64,000 bases of DNA from the NCBI GenBank assembly GCA_964512165.1, contig CAZEHQ010000003.1, positions 545 to 64,544 on the forward strand. Reading direction: 5' to 3'. The first letter of the stretch is position 1. Each line of letters opens with the position of its first letter. Shown piece after piece: positions 55,901-63,743 of this stretch. The translations under genes and the position numbers were made by a program. The notes beneath the pieces are model-generated. The model was not told the origin of the DNA, searched no databases, and worked only from the letters and a program-made list of their open reading frames with translations. This DNA is from an uncultured Gemmatimonadaceae bacterium (GTDB taxonomy: Bacteria > Latescibacterota > UBA2968 > UBA8231).

Positions 55901-57457
55901 CTCGCCGTCGGGGGAGAAGGCCACGACCTGCACAAGGTCCCCGTGCGCCAGGGAGTCGATCCGGACCCTGGTCCCCACGTCCCAGAGCTTGACCAGCTGT
56001 CCCGAGGCGCAGGCGAGGGTGGCGCCATCCGGGGAGAAGGCCAGGGCCGCGCCGCCGCGGACATTCTCGATGGTGGCGGCGCTGCGCCGGGTCTCGACAT
56101 CCCAGATCCTGAGGAGGCCGTCCCATCCCGACTGGGAGGCGAGGGTGGCGCCATCGGGGGAGAAGGCCACGGCACCGACCCAGTGCGAATGAGCTTCCAG
56201 GGTGGTGACATGGTTCCCCGAGGCCGGATCCCACAGGGTCACCGTGCCGTCTCCCCCGGCGACGGCGAGCCTCGATCCATCGGGGGAGAAGTCCATGGAG
56301 GCGATCCAGGTGTCGTGCTCCAGCTCGGCGGATCGTGTCTCCGTCGCCAGGTCCCACAGTTGGACGGTGTTGTCCCCGGACATGACGGCCAGGGTCCTTC
56401 CATCCGGTGAGAAGGCGATGGCCTTGAACCGGGAATCCCCCCGTCGTCCCTCCAGGTTGGCGGTGCTGTCTCCGGTGGCCAGGTCCCACAGTCTGGTGGT
56501 CCCGTTGTGCTCGGAGGCGAGGGTGGCCCCGTCCGGAGAGATCGCCACCGCCCAGACGGCCGGTGCGGGTCCGAGGCTCGCGATGGTCTCTCGAGTTCTC
56601 CGGTCCCGCAGCGTGACCAGGGAGTCTCCCCCTGCCGAGGCCAGCGAGGCCCCGTCGGGCGAGAACGCCAGGGAGGTGACACTGGCGGGCTCCTCGATGG
56701 TGGCGACATGGCGTTCGGAGGTCTGGTACAGGGGGAAGAAGTGGCGGGTGGTCCTGCCGGATGTGTCCACGGCCCGGACGTGCATCCTGTGCACGATGGG
56801 ATTGGCGAGACTGGAGGAGCCCATGGACGGAATGCCGCCGTCGTAGTCGAACTCGACGACCGCCGCCGGTTCGCCGGAGAAGGAGCGGCACTCCCTCAGC
56901 TCGGCGCCGCCGGCGGAGAAGTGCGGCAGCTCTGTCGTTGCGAAGAGGAGGACCTGGTGAAGCCCTGACGACTCGCTGATCCGCAGTCGGACGGGAGTGC
57001 TGTCCGAACCAGCTTGATAGCGAACAGGAGAGACGAGGTCGATCGTCGATGGAGGGTTTTCTCGAGATAGATCGACATCCGGGTTCAGGTAGGGGTGGAC
57101 GGCCAGGAACTCGGCGGCGCAGGCGGAGAGCCGGGCGCGGATGGCGCCGCCGTAGGACATGATGTACCCGCTGTCCCTGAAGTCGTGCTTCAGGCCGAAG
57201 GTATGGCCCAGCTCATGGGCGACCGTTCTCCAGGAGAACGTGCCGGGAAGCATCAGGGTGCCGAAGGTCTGGCCATTCCGGTCCTGCGTGAAGGCCAGGC
57301 CGCCCGCCCGCCCGGAGAGGGTGGGCAGCGAGTGCGAGCTGAGGTCGATGACCACAACCTCGATAGGACTTCGTCCCAGGGCTTTCCATACCTCCCGGGT
57401 AGTGCCACCGTGTTCGACGTAGTGCCGGTCGGCATGCTCTCCGTCCACGCGGTGCAC
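52973..57457 (-). CDS. Giant secreted mosaic protein: metzincin protease + 7-blade WD40 + Big_1-like Ig + 14 WD40 blades + Big_1-like Ig + dockerin/EF-hand-like pair + T9SS-type CTD
   Basis: HELGHTFGLKHD (HExxHxxGxxH). 21 AFSPDG(A/T)LAS-type blades, arranged 7 + 14. Two VVEVRDxxGNxxxGAxVTFxVTxGDG Ig modules. DFDGDGEVGFSDFFLFAEAFG and DLDGSGSVDFADFFLFAESFG. CTD: NWPNPFNSGTVISWFL...LRWDGRDDRGRPLASGTYLYRL. The listed start (57457) is only the first GTG after the frameshift; see the next feature. Confidence 0.85.
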   Translation of the reverse strand: MHRVDGEHADRHYVEHGGTTREVWKALGRSPIEVVVIDLSSHSLPTLSGRAGGLAFTQDRNGQTFGTLMLPGTFSWRTVAHELGHTFGLKHDFRDSGYIMSYGGAIRARLSACAAEFLAVHPYLNPDVDLSRENPPSTIDLVSPVRYQAGSDSTPVRLRISESSGLHQVLLFATTELPHFSAGGAELRECRSFSGEPAAVVEFDYDGGIPSMGSSSLANPIVHRMHVRAVDTSGRTTRHFFPLYQTSERHVATIEEPASVTSLAFSPDGASLASAGGDSLVTLRDRRTRETIASLGPAPAVWAVAISPDGATLASEHNGTTRLWDLATGDSTANLEGRRGDSRFKAIAFSPDGRTLAVMSGDNTVQLWDLATETRSAELEHDTWIASMDFSPDGSRLAVAGGDGTVTLWDPASGNHVTTLEAHSHWVGAVAFSPDGATLASQSGWDGLLRIWDVETRRSAATIENVRGGAALAFSPDGATLACASGQLVKLWDVGTRVRIDSLAHGDLVQVVAFSPDGETLASGAWQRIELWDGSEWLEPRPHELVEISGGGQEGAAGAALESPLVVEVRDQYGNVIAGAPVTFVVTEGDGRLDGRFTVERKETDADGRAVALLSLGTNPGPVTVEARLLAADPVTFDLVAVETPDFPLGDGDPRKWHLPDRATVRLGRGSMEAALGGSGLPLSFSPDGRRLAVATSIGTWIHDPATAVALRLLPGAWVTSAAFSPDGTVAAGSRDGTVVSWDAGGGEGAVLHRHDGDVQSVAFSPDGTLLASRSWSRTIVWDVAGGTELWNAASGGSEPLAFSPDGALLVATGRSTVTLWRVASATRVTTLDAAAFDGREIRRVALSPDGATLAAGSLRAIKLWDVARGQELATLTGHTEPITSLAFSSDGTTLASGSWDNTVRLWDLAAEASAAAFATAAPVQSLALSPDGATLASMSWDDILLWDIETGSAARMRRHGLSVHTVALAPDGATLAIGSAGAARVWDVGTGRDAGAPEVRGDVLALAFSPDGSILGVGANRITLWDVARSRGIGALEGPSSVQSLAFSPDGAALAAGYWYGDIQLWDVGDRRNLLTLEGHTALIPSMAFSPDGAILASGSWDGTARLWDLAAGREIRTLEGYLGTGAVAFSADGAALAVTSPGGVRLLDPKTWNEVHTLPGPYINALAFSPGGGTLAAGSQDGTVLLWDTETWRRAAALEGHVADVNSLAFSLDGATLASGSRDGTVLLWDLNPRPHAMRIVSGNGQGGEPGTLLGQSLVVEVRDENGDLMEGAEVTFTVTGGDGTLSTVTATTDSRGRAAATLTLGGRPGPNTVEVTVEGLEAALFTATARATRDFDGDGEVGFSDFFLFAEAFGGSDPRFDLDGSGSVDFADFFLFAESFGQPARAKLMALARERIGLPDGPQLQQNWPNPFNSGTVISWFLLQSGPARLEVFALNGQRVAVLSQGDHEAGLHRLRWDGRDDRGRPLASGTYLYRLATAGQVSARKFVLIR

Positions 57458-57765
57458 CAGCGGTTGCCCCCGGTCGTCGGTCTCGAAAAGGCCTGGGATC
57501 GGAGGACGGCCGCCTTCATCGAGTCCACCACCTCGGCGCGGAAGGGCCGGTCACTGGGCCGGAAGTAGATCAGTCGCACGGTGCGAGGCTCATCGGCCGA
57601 GAGAGCAGCGGACTTGGCCGCGTAGGGAGGCTGGCCCTCCGGGGAAGGGATGACCCGGCAGTAGGCCACCTCCTCCGAGGCCGGGGCCGGAGTGGAAGCA
57701 TCGGCGGGTGGCATCGGAGCCAGGAGGAGGCCGGCCAGGGCAAGGCTGATCAGAGGATGTCCCAT
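57253..57765 (-). pseudogene. Signal-peptide / pro-region segment of the same metzincin gene, separated by a 1-nt frameshift
   Basis: MGHPLISLALAGLLLAPMPPADA signal, then TVRLIYFRPSDRPFRAEVVDSMKAAVLRSQAF. One extra A in the A4 run at 57486-57489 would join it to ...FETDDRGQPLVHRVDGEHADRHY of ORF 52973..57457. That gives 4794 nt, or 1598 codons including the stop. Confidence 0.6.
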
Positions 57766-57859
57766 GGGGGTCGGAAAGTAGGGGTCTGCCGGACTGCGGC
57801 CAGGTCTGTCGTTGGTCGACTGCCCGGAACCTGGGGCGGCCAGTCGCAGGGCAGGTGAC

Positions 57860-59050
57860 TCACCCCGGCCGCCTCGGAATCACGCGCACCAGCGCCAGCA
57901 CCCCCCCCGCCAGCGACACCGCCGCCGCCAGGTGGAACACGGCGTCCAGGCCGGCGGCCTGCGCCAGGTAACCCGACGCCGCGGGTCCCGCGAACATGCC
58001 GAAGGCGTAGATCGCCTGGTAGACGCCCATCCCGGTGGCCCGGTCCTCGGGGGCGATGGCCCGCAGACTGAGGGCGATGAGCACGGTGTTGGCCACGCCG
58101 CGGCCGACGCCGCCCAGCCCCTGCAGCGCCGTGAGGGTCCACACGGCCGTGGTGAAGGGGACGAGGACCATGCTCAGAGCCACGAGTACCGACGCCAGGA
58201 AGAGGGCGGCGCGGTTGCCGCAGCAGTTGACGAGCCGCGTCGTCCCCAGCGTTCCGAGGACCTGGGTGAAGAGCATGGCCGTGGTCACGTAGCCGACCTC
58301 GGCGTCGCTGGCGCCGATGCGCTCGGCGTGGAGGGGCACAAAGCCGTAGCTGCCCCCGAAGGTGACGAACTGGGCGAGGATGCCGATGCCGCCGGCGACC
58401 AGCAGCAGGGGCGTGCGCGCCACTCGCACGAAGGTCGCCGCCGAGTAGGAGCCCGTGCGCCGCGATTCCGGCTCCCGGGCGGCGAGCATCAGCACCGCGC
58501 CCGCGGCGCCGGTGGCGGCGGCGGCGTAGAAGGCGGTGCCGGTGCCGAGGTGCTCGGAGATCAGCCCGCCGGCGAAGGTGGCGGCGAGCAGGCCCGTGGT
58601 GTTGATGGTCATCAGGCGCGACAGGGCGTACAGGGTGCGGTGGGGCGGGTAGTAGGAGGAGTAGAGGACGCTGATGGCCACCCATCCCGCGGCGCCGATG
58701 CCGACCACCGTCCGCGCCGCGAACAAGCTCCACGGGTCGGGGGACAGGGCCAGCCCCACGGCGCCGGCTGCCGAGCACGCCAGGGCCCCGGCGGCGAAAG
58801 GCTTGCGCCGCCCCAGCATGTCGGCGGCGACGCCGATGGGGATGCGCAGCAGCAACTGGGCGATGGCGTACGAGGCGACCACCAGGCCCACCATGGACAG
58901 GCTGGACCCCAGCTCCTCGGCGTGCAGGGGCAGGACCGGCACGTAGAGATAGAGGGCCAGCCAGAAGGCGAAGGTCCCGGCCCCCACCAGAGCCACCGAC
59001 CGCCGGTCGACGGGCGGATGCCGGTCCCGGCCGGTTGAGGTGGCTACCAA
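57860..59050 (-). CDS. MFS transporter
   Basis: 12-TM pattern with the MFS loop motif GVAADMLGRRKP. The start is taken as TTG at 59050, in frame with ORF 57860..59953. The GTG about 17 codons downstream is an alternative. Confidence 0.75.
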   Translation of the reverse strand: MVATSTGRDRHPPVDRRSVALVGAGTFAFWLALYLYVPVLPLHAEELGSSLSMVGLVVASYAIAQLLLRIPIGVAADMLGRRKPFAAGALACSAAGAVGLALSPDPWSLFAARTVVGIGAAGWVAISVLYSSYYPPHRTLYALSRLMTINTTGLLAATFAGGLISEHLGTGTAFYAAAATGAAGAVLMLAAREPESRRTGSYSAATFVRVARTPLLLVAGGIGILAQFVTFGGSYGFVPLHAERIGASDAEVGYVTTAMLFTQVLGTLGTTRLVNCCGNRAALFLASVLVALSMVLVPFTTAVWTLTALQGLGGVGRGVANTVLIALSLRAIAPEDRATGMGVYQAIYAFGMFAGPAASGYLAQAAGLDAVFHLAAAVSLAGGVLALVRVIPRRPG

Positions 59051-59127
59051 TCTGCTGGTTTCCGGGTGAATGGTTTCCGGGTGAAGGCGCGCGCTGCGGC
59101 GGTTTCCGGGCGGGGCCTTCCGGCGGC

Positions 59128-60225
59128 TCAGTCCGGCAGCCGGTGCGCGTCCACGACGCCCATGTCCAGCTCCACCCCGAGGCCGGGGGCCTCCGCCACC
59201 GCAAGGCGCCCCCCGGCGATCCTCTCGGCCGGCCGGATCAGCTCCGCCCGCCACGGCGCCTCGCCCCAGGCGTACTCGAGGATCAGGAACTCCGGGTGGG
59301 CGGCCATGACCTGCGCCGCGGCGGCGGTGACCACCGGGCCGAAGGGCCCGTGGGGTGCCGTGGGGATCCCCCGGGCGGCGGCCATGGCGGCCACCTGGTG
59401 CAGCTCCCAGATCCCGCCGACGATGGTGACGTCGGGCATGGCCGCGTCGATGGCGCGGCGCTCCAGGACCTCCCACCAGCCGCGGCGCAGGGCGCGGCTC
59501 TCGCCGCCGGCCACCGGCATGCCGCACTCGGCCTGCACCCGTCCGTAGCCGTCGTAGTCGTCCTGGGGAACGGGCTCCTCGAACCAGAACAGGTCCAGGT
59601 CGCCCAGCGCCTCGGCGACCTCGAGGGCCCCCTTCGTCGTGAAGCGGGAGTGGCAGTCGACGAGCAGGTCCACCTCGGGCCCGACCGCCTCGCGCACGGC
59701 TCGCAGGCACTCGATGCCGCCGCGCGCCGGCTCCAAGCCGTCGACGGCGGGCGGCAGGCCGTCGAAGGGGGCCAGCTTGACGGCGTCGTGGCCCTCGCTC
59801 ACCGCCGCCGCCGCGTTGCGGGCGAAGGCCCCGGGCGACCGGTCCGGACGGGTGGCGCGGTTGATGTTGGCGTAGACGCGGATCTCCTGGCGGCAGGCGC
59901 CCCCGAGCAGGGCGTGCACCGGCGCCTGCAACGACTTGCCGAGGAGGTCCCACAGGGCCTGCTCCAGGCCGCTGAGGGCGCGCACCCCCGCGGCGTCGAG
60001 CTCGGCGGGGCGCAAGCTCTCCACGAGCTGCCGGACACGGCGCGGGTCCCGCCCGACGAGGGAGCCGGCCATCTCCCGCGCCAGGGGCAGGTGGCCCCTG
60101 CGCCGCACCGAGGGGTTCAGCTCGCCGAGACCGCTCAACCCGTCGTCGGCGTGGATCTGCGCGAAGGTCCAGTCCACGTGCGGGGCCGCGCGGACGGTGT
60201 GGAACTCGATCTGTTCGATTCTCAT
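59128..60225 (-). CDS. Enolase-superfamily (mandelate racemase / sugar-acid dehydratase-like) enzyme
   Basis: ATG at 60225 (MRIEQIEFHTV...). ALWDLLGKSLQAPVHALLGG, metal-ligand context LLVDCHSRF, FWFEEPV, PVAGGES. This is the C-terminal 366 codons of track ORF 59128..62328. Confidence 0.85.
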   Translation of the reverse strand: MRIEQIEFHTVRAAPHVDWTFAQIHADDGLSGLGELNPSVRRRGHLPLAREMAGSLVGRDPRRVRQLVESLRPAELDAAGVRALSGLEQALWDLLGKSLQAPVHALLGGACRQEIRVYANINRATRPDRSPGAFARNAAAAVSEGHDAVKLAPFDGLPPAVDGLEPARGGIECLRAVREAVGPEVDLLVDCHSRFTTKGALEVAEALGDLDLFWFEEPVPQDDYDGYGRVQAECGMPVAGGESRALRRGWWEVLERRAIDAAMPDVTIVGGIWELHQVAAMAAARGIPTAPHGPFGPVVTAAAAQVMAAHPEFLILEYAWGEAPWRAELIRPAERIAGGRLAVAEAPGLGVELDMGVVDAHRLPD

Positions 60226-60233
60226 GGCGCCTC

Positions 60234-62207
60234 TCAGTAGACGGGGATCACGTTGCCCACCTTGCCGGTGAAGCCGTCGACGACGAGCCACAGGCCGCCG
60301 GAGACGATCTGCCCGAGGGCCATCCCGAGGAACAGGGGGCGGCTGCGGGAATAGGCGCGGGCCCCGCCGAAGCGCAGGACGACGACCTTGAAGGCCCACG
60401 CCAGGAACACGGGGAACCACAGGGTCCTCATGGCCCAGCCCATGGCCACGGGGTAGCCGATCGGATGCAGGGGCCACCAGGGGAGTTGCTGCCGCGCCAG
60501 GAAGAGCAGTCCCATGACGGCGGCGCCGGCGCCCGTGTGGACCCACCCCTCGGTGCTGAGCTGCACGGGGGCGGTCAGCTGCTTGGCGGCGAAGTCCGCG
60601 GGTCTGGTGGCGAAGCTCTTGAAGTACTGGGAGTGCAGGTTGATGCCCCCGTGCTGGTGGGCCAGGTCCAGCAGGAACCAGCACGAGACGACGAGGGCCG
60701 CCGCCATGGCCAGGGCCACGGCCCCGGAGATGCGCCGGCGGTGGGGGCCGGTTTCGCTGCTCAGCCGCAGGCCGTTGGCCAGGGGGGCGCTCATGAAGAC
60801 CAGGAAGTCGCCGGTCCAGATGTAGGAGTAGCCGAGGGCCACCAGGCCCGTCGGCCCCAGGGCCGGGGCGCCGACGCCGGAGAGCACGAAACCGGCGGGG
60901 ATCATGGCAGGTGTCACCGTGGGCAGGCCGGCCTCGGCGATGACCCGCGCCAGGCCGATGAAGAGCACCAGGGCGCAGGCCACCGCCAGGGGCACCACCA
61001 GGGGAGGCAGCCCCGAGCGCCACAGCCACAGGGACATGATGGCAACGCCCGCCGCCAGGCCGAGCAGGGCGGCGCGGTAGGAGAGGATCTCGTCCGAGTC
61101 GTCGACGTCGGGGGCGCGGCCGAAGGCCTTGGCCAGGGCCTGCCGGAGATGGTCCCGCGCCGTCCACAGTCCGAAGAGGACGAGCACGGCGAGGGCCCCC
61201 GTCATCTCGTGACCGACCCCCGGCTGGCTCCAGTCGCCCAGCGACTGCTCGTAGCCGCGGATGCCGAGGAGATGGAAGACCCGGTCCTGGACCTGGTGCA
61301 GCAGGTAGAAGACCCACAGGCCCATGGAGACGGAGGAGCCGATGAGATAGGAGAACCCGAGGATCAGGAAGTTCACCGACAGGTTCAGGGGGATGCCGAA
61401 GACGACGACACTCTCCGACAGCCGGACCGCGGGCCAGGCCGCGTCGTACTTCGACAGGCCGTTGGCCAGGTTGATGAGGAGGGGGATCGACAAGCCGATC
61501 CAGGTGAGTGGGTTGGTGAAGAACGGGGGCAGCCACCGGCGGCCGGCGCCCTCGAGCATGGCCATCGGCACCTGGGCCATGGGGAAGGCGAGGCGCTCGC
61601 GGTCCACCCACTGGCGGCGCAGCAGCACCATGGCGCACAGCTGCGCCAGGTAGAGGCCGAGGTAGAACACGGCCCACGACCCCAGGGCGGGCAGCCAGGC
61701 CTCCCAGCGCACGGCGCCGCCGCCCTCGAAGAACAGCAGCGCCGCCTCGGCGTCGGTGATCACCATCCACTCCGGCAGGTGGGGGTGGACCAGCTCCTCC
61801 CAGCGGTTCTCGGGTGTCGCGTAGTAGTCGTGGCCGCTGATCATGGGCAGGAGCATGCCCATCACCCCCCGGGTGGGGATGGCGGAGGCCACCATCGTCA
61901 TGAAGAACACGACGATCAGCTCGCCGCGGCGCAGGACCCAGCCGGCGTGCAGGCGGCGCAGCATCGGCTGCACGAAGAGCAGCAGCAGGAAGAGGGCGAA
62001 GAAGGCGGCGGGCGTGGCCGAGCTGAGCCCCAGGCGGCTGCCGCGGATCAGCATGCTCCCGTAGGGCACGCAGACGGCGATGAGCACGCAGAAGGCGAGA
62101 CCGATGACGATGCTTCGGAGGGTGACCGCCGGACCCGTGCCGGCGGCGGCGGTGTCTCCGCGCCGCTCGAGGTGGGCCCGGTACTCGGAGGGCAGGATGC
62201 GTCTCAC
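60234..62207 (-). CDS. Polytopic membrane protein (~657 aa), unnamed family, paralog B
   Basis: Collinear with 46510..48477, roughly 35-50% identical in the segments I aligned by eye. Ends 8 nt before the enolase-superfamily gene. Confidence 0.8.
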   Translation of the reverse strand: MRRILPSEYRAHLERRGDTAAAGTGPAVTLRSIVIGLAFCVLIAVCVPYGSMLIRGSRLGLSSATPAAFFALFLLLLFVQPMLRRLHAGWVLRRGELIVVFFMTMVASAIPTRGVMGMLLPMISGHDYYATPENRWEELVHPHLPEWMVITDAEAALLFFEGGGAVRWEAWLPALGSWAVFYLGLYLAQLCAMVLLRRQWVDRERLAFPMAQVPMAMLEGAGRRWLPPFFTNPLTWIGLSIPLLINLANGLSKYDAAWPAVRLSESVVVFGIPLNLSVNFLILGFSYLIGSSVSMGLWVFYLLHQVQDRVFHLLGIRGYEQSLGDWSQPGVGHEMTGALAVLVLFGLWTARDHLRQALAKAFGRAPDVDDSDEILSYRAALLGLAAGVAIMSLWLWRSGLPPLVVPLAVACALVLFIGLARVIAEAGLPTVTPAMIPAGFVLSGVGAPALGPTGLVALGYSYIWTGDFLVFMSAPLANGLRLSSETGPHRRRISGAVALAMAAALVVSCWFLLDLAHQHGGINLHSQYFKSFATRPADFAAKQLTAPVQLSTEGWVHTGAGAAVMGLLFLARQQLPWWPLHPIGYPVAMGWAMRTLWFPVFLAWAFKVVVLRFGGARAYSRSRPLFLGMALGQIVSGGLWLVVDGFTGKVGNVIPVY

Positions 62208-62346
62208 CGGGGCGGAAGATAGCGGCCCCGGGGCGGCCTACCCAAAGGCGAGGCGCCGGCCGGCGACCATGCCGGGCAAGGAGGCCCGGCGGCCAGAAGG
62301 AGGCGACGGCTGCCGGATCCCGCGCCAACCTGTCCCTGGGCAGGTC

Positions 62347-62373
62347 AGGAGGCCCGGGGCCCCCGGGCCTCCT
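62347..62373 (-). terminator. GC-rich hairpin downstream of the BNR gene (no U-tract)
   Basis: AGGAGGCCCGG (62347-62357) pairs with CCGGGCCTCCT (62363-62373). It lies 65 nt past the stop of 62438..63739 on the minus strand. Confidence 0.3.
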
Positions 62374-62437
62374 TGGCCTGTGGATCCGGCGCCGGAGGCT
62401 CGCGGGTTGGCGGGCCCTCGCAGCTTGGAGCCTCTCC

Positions 62438-63739
62438 TCAGAGGCCCTGGTCCGCCGCCTCGGCGGCGTCGGCGTCCCCCGTGCTCTCGGTCCACCCGCC
62501 GCCGCCTCCGGGCTCGTGCAGGTCGCCGGCGATGGGCAGCACCTCCACGCCCTCGCCCTCCCCCTCGTCGAGGATGCGGAAGCGGCAGGCCACCACCTCG
62601 GCTCCGAAGGGGCCGAAGCGGTTGGCGAAGCCCTGGTGGTCGCCGACCATGAAGAGGCTGTCGTCGGGCAGGACGCAGGCCGAGGGGTAGTAGGCGAGGG
62701 GGTCGGCCTGGAAGCCCCGGTCGGCAGCGGGCGTGACCCAGGTCTCGCCGCAGTCGCGGCTGTAGAGGACCTGGCCGTTGCCGCCGGGGCCGCTGCAGGT
62801 GATCAGCACCACCGTCCCGTCCGAGAGCACCAGCAGGTCGCCTTTCTTCATGGCGTTCGGGTGGGGCCTGCTCTCGGGGACGGGCAGATCCAGCAGCGGC
62901 TGCGGCGCAGACCAGGTGCGGCCGTCGTCGGCGCTCGTCGTCCACAGCCCCCAGGGGCGGGAAGCGGTGGCCAGGCGTCCGTCGGGCAGCCGCGCCAGGT
63001 GACCCTCCTCCATGTCCCGCTCCGGGTCGCCGAAGATCGACCGGGTCTCCCAGGTGGCGCCGCCGTCGCCGGAGTGCAGCAGGGCCATCACCCAGCGGGT
63101 CTCGGCCGCTCCCGGCACCGCGTGGCCGTCGACCAGCATCCACAGCCCGCCGTCGGATGCCTCGGAGAGCGAGCAGGGGTGCTCCAGCCGCGTCAGGAAG
63201 GGGCCGCTGGTGCGCCCCGTCTCCTCCCAGCTCTCGCCCCCGTCGCGGCTGCGGAAGACGGCGATCTGCTCGGGGAAGGTGCGGTCCATGCGCCGCAGGA
63301 ACTCCACCGGGTCGGAGGGCAGCCGCCCGGCCCAGAACCAGCCCGTCTGGATGAGCGCCGCCATGTACAGGGTGCCGTCGCCGTGCTCGAAGAGGGCGCC
63401 GGGGGCGTAGGCGTCGGGCACGTCGGCCAGCACCCGGGGGGGCGACCAGGTGGCGCCGTCGTCGCGGCTGCGGGTCCAGAGGATGCGGCCCCCCGTGGGC
63501 GCCTCCCAGGTGCCGCCGCCCTCGAACTGGGACTCCATGTAATCGGCGTGGTCCGGCGGCAGCTCGGGCCGCGGGTTGACCCACGAGGCGTGCCAGTACC
63601 CGGCGCCGAAGGCGACGAAGAGGGTGCCGTCCCGCAGCCGGCAGATGCGCGGCCAGCCGCAGAACCCGCCGAAGCCGGGAAACGGGTCCGGCGCGTTGAC
63701 CTCGGGGGAGACGACGATCTTGCGGAGTCCGGTTGTCAT
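62438..63739 (-). CDS. BNR/Asp-box repeat sialidase-like beta-propeller protein with no signal peptide
   Basis: Five Asp-boxes: SRDDGATWS, SRDGGESWE, SGDGGATWE, SADDGRTWS, SRDCGETWV. Confidence 0.8.
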   Translation of the reverse strand: MTTGLRKIVVSPEVNAPDPFPGFGGFCGWPRICRLRDGTLFVAFGAGYWHASWVNPRPELPPDHADYMESQFEGGGTWEAPTGGRILWTRSRDDGATWSPPRVLADVPDAYAPGALFEHGDGTLYMAALIQTGWFWAGRLPSDPVEFLRRMDRTFPEQIAVFRSRDGGESWEETGRTSGPFLTRLEHPCSLSEASDGGLWMLVDGHAVPGAAETRWVMALLHSGDGGATWETRSIFGDPERDMEEGHLARLPDGRLATASRPWGLWTTSADDGRTWSAPQPLLDLPVPESRPHPNAMKKGDLLVLSDGTVVLITCSGPGGNGQVLYSRDCGETWVTPAADRGFQADPLAYYPSACVLPDDSLFMVGDHQGFANRFGPFGAEVVACRFRILDEGEGEGVEVLPIAGDLHEPGGGGGWTESTGDADAAEAADQGL

Positions 63740-63743
63740 GGGG

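Noticed and set aside
52973-57457. Strong ~120-130 nt periodicity in the DNA, considered as a possible CRISPR array or satellite.
   Set aside because: The periodicity is the coding repeat of 21 WD40 blades in one continuous ORF. There is no repeat-spacer structure.
60226-62328. The upstream 700 codons of the 1066-aa track ORF 59128..62328(-), read as part of one giant gene.
   Set aside because: Only the last 366 codons, from the ATG at 60225, look like an enolase-superfamily enzyme. The upstream part is R/P/G-rich read-through that overlaps the well-supported membrane-protein frame 60234..62207.
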